This document shows, piece by piece, positions 8,251-17,507 of a DNA stretch of 39,907 nucleotides. This DNA comes from Candidatus Nomurabacteria bacterium UBA5155 (GTDB taxonomy: Bacteria > Patescibacteriota > Minisyncoccia > Phycocordibacterales > UBA9973): contig DHXN01000013.1 of the NCBI GenBank assembly GCA_002413705.1, positions 12,709 to 52,615 of the forward strand. The letters are read 5' to 3'. The translations under genes were made by a program, and so were the position numbers. Each line of letters begins with the position of its first letter. Position 1 is the first letter of the stretch. The notes under the pieces are model-generated. The model had not been told where the DNA came from. It searched no databases and saw only the letters and a list, made by a program, of their open reading frames with translations.

Positions 8251-8763
8251 ATGAGTGATCCCTATAAAAGCCAATATTATCCCGATACTCAATATTTCAT
8301 TAATAACGGCTGGTCACAATATGAGATAAACGTTTATTTTCCCATTCTTGAATCACTTGATAACCAAGAGTTATTGGATTTGCATGCACTCTGCCATGCC
8401 AAAATGTTTAAAAAAGGCGAAGCTGTAGATAAGGAACAGGCAATTCATGTGGTACTTAATCCTAATGACACACCAAAGGAACGCCTCGTCTCCGCGCTGT
8501 TTGTTAAGCAGTGCGAGAAATATATTGTTCAAAAAGAAAAAGGAGAACTAAGTATCGAAGAAATAGGAGGATTAATAATTTGGTTAGAGACAGAAGGAAC
8601 TTTCGTGGATGACCCAATATTCGATCTTATTTTTGGTGATGCAACAGATTTAGAAATGCCACGAGAAATGAGTATTGGTGCAGGAATCAATATTGGTGAT
8701 AAGTGGACTCAAGAATTTGTTGAGCATATTAGGGAAGCAAGAGATATTTTATTGAAGAAATAA
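8251..8763 (+). CDS. Hypothetical protein
   Basis: 170-aa ORF ending at a terminator; no recognised motif. Confidence 0.65.
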   Translation: MSDPYKSQYYPDTQYFINNGWSQYEINVYFPILESLDNQELLDLHALCHAKMFKKGEAVDKEQAIHVVLNPNDTPKERLVSALFVKQCEKYIVQKEKGELSIEEIGGLIIWLETEGTFVDDPIFDLIFGDATDLEMPREMSIGAGINIGDKWTQEFVEHIREARDILLKK

Positions 8764-8764
8764 A

Positions 8765-8789
8765 AAAGCCCCCGTTATGCGGGGGCTTT
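8765..8789. terminator. Bidirectional intrinsic terminator
   Basis: AAAGCCCCCG-ttatg-CGGGGGCTTT between convergent genes. Confidence 0.75.
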
Positions 8790-8795
8790 GGGTGT

Positions 8796-9161
8796 TTAAG
8801 GTATAAGGCTTTTTATTTTCTCAACAACCTCATCAAGTGTAAAATTTGATTTGATCATAAACGCGGCAGCACCGGCAGTCATCATTTTTTTCATGTCCAC
8901 ATTGTTCGATAAGTTTGAAAACACAATAACAGGAATAGCTTTTGTTTTTTGATCCGCCTTGAGATTTTGCAGTATTTGATAGCCGTCAATATCAGGAAGC
9001 ATCATGTCCAGTAAAATAATGTCAGGCAAGCCAGTCGCAAGAGACTGATCAATGTCAGCTTTTGTTACGGCAGTTGCCACATCAAAACCACTTCTTGTGA
9101 ATTTTACACTTTCAATGTTTTTTAAAAATGCGTCATCTTCAATGGTGAGAATTTTTTTCAT
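8796..9161 (-). CDS. Single-domain response regulator (receiver only)
   Basis: IEDD, ILLDMMLP, IPVIVFSN, FMIKS. Confidence 0.9.
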   Translation of the reverse strand: MKKILTIEDDAFLKNIESVKFTRSGFDVATAVTKADIDQSLATGLPDIILLDMMLPDIDGYQILQNLKADQKTKAIPVIVFSNLSNNVDMKKMMTAGAAAFMIKSNFTLDEVVEKIKSLIP

Positions 9162-9201
9162 CTTATTGGATAGTATAACTTTTTTGCTTGAACATAGAAA
9201 G

Positions 9202-9906
9202 CTATTGCATCAATGGCAGCTTCACCGTGACAGTGGTGCCGACATGTTCCTGACTTTCTATGGTTATTGTACCATTGTGTTGGTCGATAACATGCTTGCT
9301 GCTGTACAACCCTAAACCAGTACCAGAGTGAGAAGTGTTTTCTGCACGAAAAAATTTTTCAAAGAGATGCTCTTTCTTATCATCAGGTATGCCGGCGCCG
9401 TGATCTTGTACTGTTAGTACTGCCGTATCATTTTCTGTTGAAAGGGTAACAATGATCTCTGTCTGAGACGGACTATATTTGATGGCATTTTCAATAATAT
9501 TGTGAAAAGCAATTCGCAATCTGCTCTCATCACCAAGTACAGTAACAGCAGACCCCGGCTGGTGATAACTGATGGCAATGTGTTTTTCGGTGGCTTCGTT
9601 GGTAAAATCTTTAGTAATCTCTGCCACCAACAATGTCATACGGACTGGCAATTTTAGATAGGTAACGACAGTATTGTTTTTAACCGCATTCATCGTGCTG
9701 TTGAGTAGTACCACCATACGTTCATTTGCATGCATGGCTTGAACCATAGCAGCTCGCTGCTCTTCGTTAAGAGCGCCGTAGTCACCGTCACAAAGCATTT
9801 TGAAGAACCATTTCATGGCTGATAAAGAAGTGCGAAGTTCGTGAGCGCTGAGCAAGAAAAAATCAATCTTCTCCTGTTCAGTAGTTAACGGCTGTGTGTT
9901 TTCCAT
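9202..9906 (-). CDS. Cytoplasmic histidine kinase (HisKA + HATPase_c, no sensor domain)
   Basis: SAHELRTSL H-box, NIIENAIKY, DHGAGI, LFEKFFR, GTGLGL; start at ATG 9906 behind TATAAT. Confidence 0.9.
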   Translation of the reverse strand: MENTQPLTTEQEKIDFFLLSAHELRTSLSAMKWFFKMLCDGDYGALNEEQRAAMVQAMHANERMVVLLNSTMNAVKNNTVVTYLKLPVRMTLLVAEITKDFTNEATEKHIAISYHQPGSAVTVLGDESRLRIAFHNIIENAIKYSPSQTEIIVTLSTENDTAVLTVQDHGAGIPDDKKEHLFEKFFRAENTSHSGTGLGLYSSKHVIDQHNGTITIESQEHVGTTVTVKLPLMQ

Positions 9907-9938
9907 ACCTTGTATTATAACTATAAAGTAAAATAAAA

Positions 9939-9974
9939 AACAGCCGGTCATCGCAATTGCGATGACCGGCTGTT
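9939..9974 (-). terminator. Intrinsic terminator (36-bp palindrome)
   Basis: AACAGCCGGTCATCGC-AATT-GCGATGACCGGCTGTT with T-tract on the minus strand. Confidence 0.75.
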
Positions 9975-9980
9975 AGTAAC

Positions 9981-10370
9981 TTAAGCCGCTACCAAATCCT
10001 TTTCTCTCGATCCTACTTCATGGTAATTTGTTTCCAATACATCTTTCAATGAGGTAATCGGCTGTGTGCCGGGTATGCCTATGTTTGAAAGGGTGTAAAT
10101 AATAAATTCATTTTCAGGGAATTTATTCGGCAGGCATTTAATGGCCGATGTAATGTGCTGTTCTGTATAATCGCTAAAAATAATTTCTTTTGGTTTTTTC
10201 TTTTCTTTAATGACCGTTGCGATGTCATTCGGGCTAGTTTTACCAAAGGCGAATTGTACAACCATGCGATCTTCCAACTTTTCTTTAAGCAAGATTGATT
10301 TGGCAGTACGTTCAAAAGCAGCTTGCTCCTTTAAAGAGCACATCGACAGAATTAGGATTCTTCTTTTCAT
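9981..10370 (-). CDS. Hypothetical protein (orphan)
   Basis: 129-aa ORF with TTGACT-16bp-TATAGT promoter and its own terminator. Confidence 0.65.
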   Translation of the reverse strand: MKRRILILSMCSLKEQAAFERTAKSILLKEKLEDRMVVQFAFGKTSPNDIATVIKEKKKPKEIIFSDYTEQHITSAIKCLPNKFPENEFIIYTLSNIGIPGTQPITSLKDVLETNYHEVGSREKDLVAA

Positions 10371-10444
10371 TTTTAAGGAATTTAGTTTACGAATGTGTTT
10401 ATTTCTTTCACTATAGCTCAGTCCACAAAATAGTCAAGAAAACC

Positions 10445-10480
10445 AATTAAAAAAGCCTCCAATTGGAGGCTTTTTTAATT
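10445..10480 (-). terminator. Intrinsic terminator of hup
   Basis: AAAAAAGCCTCC-AATT-GGAGGCTTTTTT. Confidence 0.8.
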
Positions 10481-10501
10481 CTCGCAAAAAGTACAGCGAG
10501 A

Positions 10502-10774
10502 TTACTTAACAGCGTCTTTCAATGCTTTTGCAGCACGGAATTTTGGTACGCGAGTTGCAGGCACCTTTACTGGTTCGCCAGTCTTAGGGTTGCGTGCAGT
10601 GCGAGCCGCGCGAGTCTTTACAGAGAAGATACCAAGTCCGGCAATAGAAACTTCATCGCCTTTCTTAAGTGTAGAAGTGATCGCTTCAAGGATACTTTCT
10701 ACAATTTCTTCTGCCTGTACCTTCGTACCGCCAACTTTTCCGTGGATAAGTTCAACAAGTGCTTGTTTGTTCAT
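10502..10774 (-). CDS. hup: DNA-binding protein HU
   Basis: MNKQAL..., GLGIFSVKTRAARTARNPKTGE..PKFRA. Confidence 0.97.
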   Translation of the reverse strand: MNKQALVELIHGKVGGTKVQAEEIVESILEAITSTLKKGDEVSIAGLGIFSVKTRAARTARNPKTGEPVKVPATRVPKFRAAKALKDAVK

Positions 10775-10917
10775 AGTATTTATACGAGAAATCCTTGTTT
10801 TTTATAAAAGGATTTCTTTGTAGCGCTAATCTATTAATTCATCATTGCGCTCAAGCATACTGCTTAAAGCTTATAGACATTATATAGCAAGGTATTTTGA
10901 GTGCAAACATTGACACA

Positions 10918-13653
10918 CTATTTATATCGTTGCATGATTTCTTCCTCAACTTCGGCACGTGGTCGGCCATACTTCAAATATGACAACTCTTTTATCTTTT
11001 CGGCGGCTTCTTGATTACCCTGAGGAGGAAATGGCGTGTGTGAATTGAACGGTTTTACCGGCACACCGTCTACCAACATCTTGATATAACAATCCAAATT
11101 TTGTAGTTTGATAATATCATCAGGGGTAAATGTTGGCGCGAATTGTTTTGCAAACACTTCAGCATTTTCGGGACTGACACGATGCACTACCATTGAACCC
11201 ACGTTTCCAAAGACTGCATTTTTAATTCCTTCATCAAGTTGTTCGATGTATTGATGCGCAACAGTAAGCCCCAATCGATACTTGCGCGCTTCAGAAAGAA
11301 TCGTGCTGATACTGTCTGTTGTCACATTTTGGAATTCATCAATGTACAAATAAAAATCATTGACCGGTTTTTTACCAATACTGTCGACACGAGAGAGTGC
11401 CGCCATGGTAATTTTCCCGACAAGTAACAATCCGATGAGATGAGAGTTGATATCGCCGAGACGTCCTTTCGAAAGATTTACCAACAATATTTTTTTATTA
11501 TCCATGATGTCGCGGAAATTCAACACGCTGTGTTGTTGTGCAATGACTGGACGCATGACATCGTTTGAAATAAATACATCAAACTTATTGGTGATGTAGG
11601 GCACGAAGTTCGCCATCGATGCTTCACCGGTAGTCTTCTCGGCGTTCTGCCAAAATTGTTTGATGATAGGATTTTTGCAGTGTGACAGTTTCAGATCACG
11701 AAATGCTTTATCAGAAAGCACACGACCAATTTCCAAAAGTGTTGAACCGGAAGCTGGGTCTTCCATCACCAGTCCCGCGGCATTGCGGAAGTACTGTTCA
11801 AACGCCGGCCCGCCGGCCACCTTCATGTCAAAAAGCTTGTTAAATATGGCTAATAATTCGTTGATGACAAAAATCTTTTGTTCAGGATATCGTTCATCAT
11901 ATTCAAGCAAATTAAGTCCCATAGGGCGATCAGTGTATGCGGGGTCGAAATAAATGACATCATCAATACGTTCCGGCGGAATGTTGGCCAGGATATCTTG
12001 AATGTCACTGCCGTGCGGATCGATGAAGCAAACACCTTCGCCATTTTTGATATCTTGAATGATCATGTTTTTCAAAAACACCGTCTTACCAGTACCGGTT
12101 TGTCCAATGACATAGCAATGTCGCACGCGATCTTCTTTTGCAAATCGTATGTCACTTGTTTGCCCGCGATAGTTGTTGGTACCAAGAGAAATGGATTGCG
12201 AAACAGTTTGCGCGGAAGTGAACACCGGCGCAGGCGCACTCGGCGCTGATGATTCTTTTAGTTCTGGTGCAGTAATCAATCCGACAGGGAAGTGAAATAT
12301 TGTGGCCAGTTCATCAATGGTCAACGGAAGTTGCTCTGATGTATTAAAAGTTCGGAAACTAAAATCACGCGCCAGATCATGAATATGTCGTGTCGATCTG
12401 TCGCGCCACTCAATACTGTTTGATTCAACCAAAGAAAATTGATTGAATGATGCTTTGATACTGGATAGAATACTTTCTGCCCGCGCAACAGTCGGAGCAG
12501 TAGTCAGAATACGAATGCCAGCAGTGAGACTGTGACTACGATTTTTCTTTTTTGCCAGCTCAATACCAGTGGTATCAATTTTTTTATCCTTCTCTATTTC
12601 TTCCTGTGTTTTTCCTTCTTTAGGATTTTTTGCAAAAAATGACAGCAATCCCTTACCAACTCCACCCAACACAGAGTCAGTCATATCATTATATAAATTC
12701 TTAACAGTGTTATCACCTTTTTCCGCGGCAGCGATGACACTGCTATACACCGCATTTGTTACGGAAATGTCAGAAGAAATGGTTATTTGAATTGCCGCGC
12801 CCTCGGTTGTTTGCTCAAGTTTAGAAAGTGCCGCCACTAGCGCGCCAAACGGATCATGTTCAAAGCCCTCATCGGTGGCAAGCGGAAAAATAGCCGGAGC
12901 TTTGAGACTGGCAACACTGCCGGCAATACCGACGGCGTTGTCAGAAAATACATTATAGTCATCAACCATTTCTTCGATCAGTGCTTCAGGGTAATATGCA
13001 TGCGTGAGCTTCTCAAATGTCTCTTCATGGATGCGGGGAACGGATGCGTACATGGTGATATCGCGGCGATTATTCTCAACAGCCAGTTCAAGTGTGTAGT
13101 ATTGATCTTTTGCAGCATCAACGGTACTGAACATGCCCAGATAGAACTGCTTCATCGCTTGAATAAAACGTTTGAAGTCGTCAGTTTCGTTGGCGGTGAC
13201 ACTGGGAAGGGTGATAACAAATAGGCTGTGATTAAGTGTGTGTTCAAGACTGGAATCTCGCTTCAACCCCGGAATAGCGCCGATAGTATGAAAATATTGC
13301 ACCAAGAAACGGTGAAAATCATCCTCCAGGTGTGCATTGTTTAGTTTTGAAGCAACATCAAGAGCATTCTTTACACCCTTATCAAGCATGATGCCAAAGA
13401 GTTCTTCTATTTTCTTATCATGCGTTTCCGGTTTAAGCTTCAAGATCAAACTTTCTGTCTCATGCTTAGGAAGCACTGCTGTCTCATGCAAAAAATCACG
13501 AGCCTCACTCCGCGCGTAGCTTTCGATAGTTTCGTGAGTGGCTGACTCAATACTTTTTTCGCCGTTTTCTTGCAGGATGTATGCTTTCTGCGACTCTGCG
13601 CCGAGCCACGCAATTTCTTGTTGTGGAGTGCTAAACTTTTCCGTTGGTTGCAT
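10918..13653 (-). CDS. VirD4/TraG-like (type IV coupling protein / HerA-FtsK superfamily) ATPase, 911 aa
   Basis: Walker A HCYVIGQTGTGKT, FIDPHG, Walker B YLYIDEFQN, SEARKYRL, AHQY. Confidence 0.85.
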   Translation of the reverse strand: MQPTEKFSTPQQEIAWLGAESQKAYILQENGEKSIESATHETIESYARSEARDFLHETAVLPKHETESLILKLKPETHDKKIEELFGIMLDKGVKNALDVASKLNNAHLEDDFHRFLVQYFHTIGAIPGLKRDSSLEHTLNHSLFVITLPSVTANETDDFKRFIQAMKQFYLGMFSTVDAAKDQYYTLELAVENNRRDITMYASVPRIHEETFEKLTHAYYPEALIEEMVDDYNVFSDNAVGIAGSVASLKAPAIFPLATDEGFEHDPFGALVAALSKLEQTTEGAAIQITISSDISVTNAVYSSVIAAAEKGDNTVKNLYNDMTDSVLGGVGKGLLSFFAKNPKEGKTQEEIEKDKKIDTTGIELAKKKNRSHSLTAGIRILTTAPTVARAESILSSIKASFNQFSLVESNSIEWRDRSTRHIHDLARDFSFRTFNTSEQLPLTIDELATIFHFPVGLITAPELKESSAPSAPAPVFTSAQTVSQSISLGTNNYRGQTSDIRFAKEDRVRHCYVIGQTGTGKTVFLKNMIIQDIKNGEGVCFIDPHGSDIQDILANIPPERIDDVIYFDPAYTDRPMGLNLLEYDERYPEQKIFVINELLAIFNKLFDMKVAGGPAFEQYFRNAAGLVMEDPASGSTLLEIGRVLSDKAFRDLKLSHCKNPIIKQFWQNAEKTTGEASMANFVPYITNKFDVFISNDVMRPVIAQQHSVLNFRDIMDNKKILLVNLSKGRLGDINSHLIGLLLVGKITMAALSRVDSIGKKPVNDFYLYIDEFQNVTTDSISTILSEARKYRLGLTVAHQYIEQLDEGIKNAVFGNVGSMVVHRVSPENAEVFAKQFAPTFTPDDIIKLQNLDCYIKMLVDGVPVKPFNSHTPFPPQGNQEAAEKIKELSYLKYGRPRAEVEEEIMQRYK

Positions 13654-13660
13654 AACTTTT

Positions 13661-13828
13661 TTATTGATTGCCTGCGCTGTGATGATTGGGGTTGTGATCT
13701 TTTCCTAGATTAGGATTCTGATTTTCGTGTTGATGCGCCTGCTGCTCACGTTTTTTATTTTGTTCGTGAATCTCTTCTTTAGTGAGTGGTGTTTTATCAT
13801 TTTCGCGTTCTTCTTGTGGAATATTCAT
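13661..13828 (-). CDS. 55-aa hydrophilic peptide (below the ORF-track cutoff)
   Basis: MNIPQEERENDKTPLTKEEIHEQNKKREQQAHQHENQNPNLGKDHNPNHHSAGNQ; stop 7 bp before the ATPase ATG. Confidence 0.65.
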   Translation of the reverse strand: MNIPQEERENDKTPLTKEEIHEQNKKREQQAHQHENQNPNLGKDHNPNHHSAGNQ

Positions 13829-13875
13829 ACACCCTAATCATACACCAATTTGTTGACTTTATATAAGGTCTATTA

Positions 13876-13913
13876 AAAAGTCCCGAACGATATGTTTATC
13901 GTTCGGGACTTTT
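13876..13913 (-). terminator. Intrinsic terminator
   Basis: AAAAGTCCCGAACGATA-tgtt-TATCGTTCGGGACTTTT. Confidence 0.75.
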
Positions 13914-13932
13914 ATAGTGAGACGCGAATCTT

Positions 13933-14151
13933 TTAGTTACACGTACCTTTGCAGCACTTGCATGAATGCCCGGTCCATTTTGTGATGCCGAGCAAGATGA
14001 GGAAGATTGGCCAAAGAATATTTGCTATAGTGATGGAAATTGTACCCAGTGCGCCAAGCAAGAATACCAAGCCGATAAGAATAATAAAAAGCGGAGTCAT
14101 TTTGTGATGAGGACAGTGACATTTTCCCATTGATTGATTGTTTGGTTCCAT
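13933..14151 (-). CDS. Small two-TM membrane protein (LiaF/DUF5668-like helices) with Cys/His-rich ends
   Basis: CHCPHH, FIILIGLVFLL, LWPIFLILLG, CKCCKGTC. Confidence 0.7.
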   Translation of the reverse strand: MEPNNQSMGKCHCPHHKMTPLFIILIGLVFLLGALGTISITIANILWPIFLILLGITKWTGHSCKCCKGTCN

Positions 14152-14200
14152 AAAAAATAAATTTATTAATAACAATGAAAGTATAGCATCTTTGTTTTGA

Positions 14201-15250
14201 TTATCTTGCTAACAAATATTGTTCCGCGGCAAAGACATATTGAGCGACAAAAATTTCCTTGATGGCGACTATTGATTGTGTCTCGTAGAAGACCATCATT
14301 GCCTCTCGGTAAGATATCTCATCTACGCTGCGATATGAAAGCGGCGCGGCGTTGTCTGCCAATAGTACTGCATTAGTGGAGAGTCTCGCTGTACGCTTGT
14401 TGCCATCCTCGAATCCTTGAATATAGCTTAGTCCAACCAAAAGTAACAATGATTTGCTATAGACATCGCTCGCACGATCAATAGACGCATACAGTGTTCC
14501 AAATGCTTCACGAATCTGGTATTCGTTATCAATAGGGTGATATTTTGAACCAGTGACTCCTACCGCACTGCGACGAATACCTGTTGCTACACCCAAATTC
14601 ATAATGAGCAAACGATGCACCTCCTCGATAGTAGTCTGGTTAATCAATGATTTGAACAAGCTGCTATGTTCAATGATAAAATCAAAAGATTTTTTATGGT
14701 TGAGAATCATAGTTGTTTCATCGGAAGTATGTCCAACAGCTGGTATTCCCTCAAGTAGTAGTCTTTCGGTATCGAGCAGTGTGTAGGTGTTGCCTTCGAT
14801 TCTTGAGGATTTCCAAGAGAGTTCAATAATGAAACGCTTTAGTTCTTTTTGGTGAATGGTAGGTGATGCTTCTGCTGATCTGTTTTGATAGTGTTGTGTT
14901 TTTGCATTCAGAAGTGATAGTTCTTCCTCGGAAAAAAGGGTAATAGGCACGTTTTCAAACAATTCAAAATCATAGGTACTGTCACCGTAGCGTTGGTCAG
15001 GCTCAATGACACAATAGGCTTTCGCATCAATCGGCAGAAATAATTTGCCAGTGACTGAAAGTGAATAGGTTACAGAACGCCCTCTGCCACTCTGAATGAG
15101 GTGACCAGTCTTGGTAAGTGCCAAAAGATCGCGCTTCAGTGTGACAAGTGAGGGTTTTTCGGGAAGTACTGCCAGAATAGTCGAAGAGGAAAAAGCCTTC
15201 GATTGGCGAATGGTGTTTAAAATATCGATTTGTCGCCGGGTAAATTTCAT
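14201..15250 (-). CDS. Fic family protein with N-terminal HTH, variant active site
   Basis: SSRIEGN inhibitory motif; YIQGFEDGNKRTAR; N-terminal TLKRDL..L..GH..GRGR winged HTH. Confidence 0.85.
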   Translation of the reverse strand: MKFTRRQIDILNTIRQSKAFSSSTILAVLPEKPSLVTLKRDLLALTKTGHLIQSGRGRSVTYSLSVTGKLFLPIDAKAYCVIEPDQRYGDSTYDFELFENVPITLFSEEELSLLNAKTQHYQNRSAEASPTIHQKELKRFIIELSWKSSRIEGNTYTLLDTERLLLEGIPAVGHTSDETTMILNHKKSFDFIIEHSSLFKSLINQTTIEEVHRLLIMNLGVATGIRRSAVGVTGSKYHPIDNEYQIREAFGTLYASIDRASDVYSKSLLLLVGLSYIQGFEDGNKRTARLSTNAVLLADNAAPLSYRSVDEISYREAMMVFYETQSIVAIKEIFVAQYVFAAEQYLLAR

Positions 15251-15296
15251 AATCGTATCATTTAGATAAATTAATCGTATCATAATGATACGATTA
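15250..15296. promoter_or_regulatory. Operator-like array: palindrome TAATCGTATCAT-A-ATGATACGATTA (15272-15296) plus a third half-site (15250-15261)
   Basis: Three exact 12-bp copies directly upstream of the Fic start. Confidence 0.65.
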
Positions 15297-15315
15297 TGCA
15301 AGTATAAACCCTTCT

Positions 15316-16782
15316 TTATCTTGCGTAGTCCACGATGCGCGTTTCGCGAATGATCGTGACCTTGATTTGTCCAGGATAGCGAAGCTCTGTTTCAATATGA
15401 AGCGCAATAGTGCGAGCAAGATTTTTGGCTTCAATATCAGAAACATTTTCTGGATGAACGAAAACACGAACCTCACGACCAGCTTGTAACGCATACGCTT
15501 TTTCCACACCCTCAAATCGTGAAGCCAATCCCTCAAGGTCCGCTAGGCGTTTCAAGTATAGTTCCGCGGTGTCGCGACGAGCACCAGGACGAGCACCGGA
15601 AATCATGTCGGCAGTTTGCACAATGACCGCTTCCAAACTTTCATGAGGGCAGTCATCATGATGACTCTTCATGGCGGTGATGATTCGCTCGTCACTGTTA
15701 AATCGTCGCAACACCTTCACACCAATTTCAATATGCGTACCCTCAAATTCATGATCGAGTGCTTTGCCGATATCATGAACAAGGGCGCCGGCTTTTGCAA
15801 TATAGACGTCGGCACCGACTTCAGCTGCAATCATTTCCGCAATATGCGCCATTTCAATAGAGTGCTGCAAAACATTTTGTCCGTAGCTGGTGCGAAAGTG
15901 CAGCCGTCCCAAGACGGCGACAAGGCGCGGATCAAAATTGTAGATACCGCATTCATATACTGCCGCAGCACCTTTCTCTTTGATCGTTTCATGAATTTTT
16001 TCTTTTGCAGATTCTATTTCTTCTTCAATGCGTGCCGGCTGAATTCGTCCGTCTTCCACCAGTACCTGCAATGCTAGTACTGCAATGGCGCGGCGTACCG
16101 GGTCGAAACAGGAAACAACAATTGCTCCCGGTGATTCATCAACGAGCAGCTCCACTCCGCTAAAGCGTTCGAACGTGCGAATATTGCGACCTTCTTTGCC
16201 GATGATTTTCCCCTTGATTTCTTCATTGGCAATAGTGACGGTACTGGTAGTCAGCTCATTGGCAGTCGGCACCGCCAAACGTTGAATGGCCATAGTTAAG
16301 ATATTTTTGGCGCGATCATTCAATGTTTCGCGCATTTGCGTATCGAGTTTGTGCGAGCGAACCTGAAGATCTTCACGGTATTGTGACTCTGCTTCTTCAA
16401 GCAAGAGTTCGCGTGCTTGAGGTTTGGTAAGATCGGCTAGCACTTCAAGCGCATCAGCATGTTCGTTGCGCAATGCTTCCGCCACCACCAGCTCTTGTTC
16501 AAGCATTTCTTTTCCTGTTTCTAAATAATTTGCACGTTCATCAAGTTCAACCTGGCGGGTATCGAGCAAATTTTCTTTTTTCACCAAGCGTTCATGTATT
16601 TCATCCGCTTTGACACGTGCTTCGTCAATCAATGCTTGCGCTTGTTCGCGCGCTGCCAAAAGTCTTTCCGAAATGGAAAGTTCCAAACTGTTTTTTTGCA
16701 TCAGCAAAAAAATCATACGCGCGATGTATCCCAACACGATGCCGAGCACCAGTGTGGAAAGAAGAATAACAGCGAGATGCAT
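15316..16782 (-). CDS. rny: Ribonuclease Y
   Basis: N-terminal TM, coiled coil, KH domain (KGKIIGKEGRNIR), HD domain (HDIGKA), PGAR. Confidence 0.97.
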   Translation of the reverse strand: MHLAVILLSTLVLGIVLGYIARMIFLLMQKNSLELSISERLLAAREQAQALIDEARVKADEIHERLVKKENLLDTRQVELDERANYLETGKEMLEQELVVAEALRNEHADALEVLADLTKPQARELLLEEAESQYREDLQVRSHKLDTQMRETLNDRAKNILTMAIQRLAVPTANELTTSTVTIANEEIKGKIIGKEGRNIRTFERFSGVELLVDESPGAIVVSCFDPVRRAIAVLALQVLVEDGRIQPARIEEEIESAKEKIHETIKEKGAAAVYECGIYNFDPRLVAVLGRLHFRTSYGQNVLQHSIEMAHIAEMIAAEVGADVYIAKAGALVHDIGKALDHEFEGTHIEIGVKVLRRFNSDERIITAMKSHHDDCPHESLEAVIVQTADMISGARPGARRDTAELYLKRLADLEGLASRFEGVEKAYALQAGREVRVFVHPENVSDIEAKNLARTIALHIETELRYPGQIKVTIIRETRIVDYAR

Positions 16783-16783
16783 A

Positions 16784-17374
16784 TTATTTTATTACTACCG
16801 GTTTGCTGATGACGTCGTCAATGATGCCGTATTTTTTTGCTTCTGATGCATCCATCCAATAGTTACGGTCAGCATCCTTTTCTATTTTTGCCATTGGTTG
16901 ACCCGTGTTTTTCGCAAGCATCTTGTAGAGGGTATCTTTATATTTCAATATATGGCGAGCGTTGATTTCAATATCCGTAGCTTGTCCTTCTGTCCCCCCG
17001 AGTGGTTGATGGATCATCACTTCAGCATTTGGGAGCGCATAGCGTTTGCCTTTTTGTCCCGCAGAAAGAATCATTGCTCCCATTGAAGCAGCCATGCCCA
17101 TAGCAATTGTTGAAACGTCGGGCTTGATAAAGTTCATGGTATCAATGATAGCTAGGCCGTCTTTGATGTTGCCGCCTGGAGAATTTATATAGAGATAAAT
17201 ATCTTTTTTCGAATCTTCATTCGCAAGAAAGAGTAATTGAGCAACAACAATGTTGCCGACAGTATCATCAATTGCATCGCCGAGGAAAATAATGCGATCT
17301 TTTAGTAGGCGAGAGTAAATATCGTACGCGCGTTCTCCTTGCGGAGTTTTTTCAATAACAGTGGGGATTAACAT
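16784..17374 (-). CDS. clpP: ATP-dependent Clp protease proteolytic subunit
   Basis: [32 protein letters not shown]. Confidence 0.98.
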   Translation of the reverse strand: MLIPTVIEKTPQGERAYDIYSRLLKDRIIFLGDAIDDTVGNIVVAQLLFLANEDSKKDIYLYINSPGGNIKDGLAIIDTMNFIKPDVSTIAMGMAASMGAMILSAGQKGKRYALPNAEVMIHQPLGGTEGQATDIEINARHILKYKDTLYKMLAKNTGQPMAKIEKDADRNYWMDASEAKKYGIIDDVISKPVVIK

Positions 17375-17467
17375 AAGATTTCAGATTAAAAAGTTCCAAT
17401 AATTTCATTCAACCAGGACTGTATATCGGTATACTGCCACTATAGCGTTTTTAGGGGAAAAAGTAAA

Positions 17468-17493
17468 AAGCCATCATATTTCTATGATGGCTT
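17468..17493 (-). terminator. Intrinsic terminator
   Basis: AAGCCATCATA-tttc-TATGATGGCTT downstream of the 17508 ORF. Confidence 0.7.
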
Positions 17494-17507
17494 AACTCTT
17501 AACTTTT

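Noticed and set aside
10918-13653. Conjugative element / ICE
   Set aside because: The ATPase is alone among housekeeping genes, with no relaxase or mating-pair genes.
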